Source: Trichodelitschia bisporula (Eukaryota). Taken from it: 64,000 nucleotides of DNA. Under the pieces are notes generated by a model. That model searched no databases, had not been told where the DNA came from, and saw only the letters and a program-made list of their open reading frames with translations. The stretch spans positions 124,001 through 188,000 of the forward strand of contig ML996703.1 in the NCBI GenBank assembly GCA_010356995.1. Reading direction: 5' to 3'. Positions 62,628 to 64,000 of the stretch are shown here, piece by piece. The first letter of the stretch is position 1; the number at the start of each line of letters is the position of its first letter. A program made the translations under genes and the position numbers.

Positions 62628-64000
62628 ATGTCCCTCCAACCCTCCGACCGCCATGCGGGGCGTTCGCGCTCCCGCTCCCATTCGCGCCGCGACGACCGCG
62701 ACCGATCCCGTTCCCGCGACCCGCGAATCAGCGCCCGCGCCCCCTCCCCCGCCGCCGCCGTACGTCGGGCAAGCCTGCAGCTGCCTTCCCCCCCCCCGCG
62801 CCTGCCTAATCCCCCCCTCTACTTAAAAGTCCCTCCGGCTGATAAACCACAGTATGAGTATTCGACTACCGCCGCATACCCCATCCCAGGTGCGTCTTGC
62901 CAAATGCGCCCCGTTACGAACGGGCCGGTCAAGCGTTGCGTTTTTCACTGACGTTTAAAGGCGCAGCGATGGCCACCCCTTCGCCCCGCGGCCCGGACTC
63001 GGATTCGAACGTCACGATGGGCGATTACGCAGACTACCCCCCCGAGCAACGTCCAGGCTACCAGCCGCCCGCCCCCAGCGCACCGATGCCGGCCACGGGG
63101 GGCGTGCAATATTCGCAGCCGCTCAACCCGACCTTCACCCCCTTCCCGCAATGGGGCTTCAACGCCCCGTCCACCACATCGCCCGGCTCATCCGCCCCCC
63201 CCCTCGCCTACTCCCCGCCAAAGGGGAGCTTCAAGTACGCCGAGCCCCCGAGTAAGATAACCTACACCGCAAAACCCGTCGTCGAGCCCAAGCCCCCGCC
63301 AGTCCAGCACACAACCCACTCCCGCGCCCCGAGCACCTCCACCCCACTCCCCTACCAGCAGGTCCCGCAGAGTCCATACCCGCAGCAGCAGCAGCAGCAG
63401 CAATCCGCCCAACCCTACCCAACCTACACGCAAACCATCCAGCCCCTCCGCGGCCAACCCCCGCCCCCCCAGCCTTATCCGCAACTCCCCGGCCCACCAC
63501 CACCCGGCCCCGGCCCACAAGCCTACGGCCAGTTGCCAGGCCCGCCGATGAACTCCCCGCCCGGCCAAGGCTACGCCGCCCCACCCCCGCCAATGGGCAT
63601 GCCAGGTCTGCCCGGCCCGCCGCCCCCCATGGGCGGAAGTCTAGGCCGCGGTCCCTCCCCCCCGCGCGGGTACAACGGCGCCATCATCAAGGAAGTCGTC
63701 CCCGGGGGCGGAGGCAAACCTCCCTCGCCGCCCTCGGGCCGGCGCAAGGCGAATAGCACCAGCGGCCCCAGGCCCGAGATACGTGGATCGGGCGGGATGC
63801 GCCCGCCGCCGTCGCCGGGCTTGCAGCCGTATATGGAGCGGTTGTCTGTCGGTGGAGGGGGGGGGTTATCTGTGGGCGGAGGGTATGGTGCGCCCAGCGG
63901 CGGTGGTGGGGGGGGTATTGGTGGGGGAAGGCCCCCCGCTAGTCCCCTGCTCGAGGCGTACCGCGGGACGTACCAGTCTATGTCGCCGATGCCGAGTCCG
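62628..64000 (+). CDS. Pro-rich N-terminal part of fungal annexin ANXC4-like protein (runs off the window)
   Basis: MSL..GRSRSRS start; intron about 62890-62960; MERLSV and PPASPLLEAYRGTYQSMSPMPSP, which I recall from ANXC4-type proteins. The annexin domain is not inside the window. Confidence 0.65.

Overview
Eukaryotic, GC-rich DNA from a filamentous ascomycete (Pezizomycotina), with short 42-60 nt GT-AG introns and CTAAC/CTGAC branch points. About 23 protein-coding genes can be reconstructed: GH5 endoglucanase, GH28 exo-polygalacturonase (pgxB-like), RBP35/CFIm68-like RRM protein, SSS1, DCAF11-like WD40, mitochondrial carrier, SPT16, a divergent 6-phosphogluconate dehydrogenase, CPT1/EPT1, NIPSNAP, laccase, RGD1-like RhoGAP, PNPOx-like, DPR dehydrin, AIM11, MOCS2B, an RBM5/10-like G-patch protein, an ANXC4-like gene cut off by the window end, and several orphans. 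I found no tRNA, rRNA, CRISPR or transposase. Most notable observations: (1) a secreted three-module 4-Cys polyprotein with RR (Kex2-type) junctions and an in-frame TAG at a conserved Tyr; (2) a degenerate ~200-260 bp non-coding element present three times, each time just downstream of a minus-strand gene and in the same orientation, with one copy bracketed by ~110 bp direct repeats; (3) a degenerate ~200 bp tandem array in a 7.8 kb gene-poor stretch; (4) a UGUA cluster around a 5'UTR intron of the CFIm68-like gene; (5) a sub-kilobase C/A to G/T compositional sawtooth. All calls were made by eye, without database searches.
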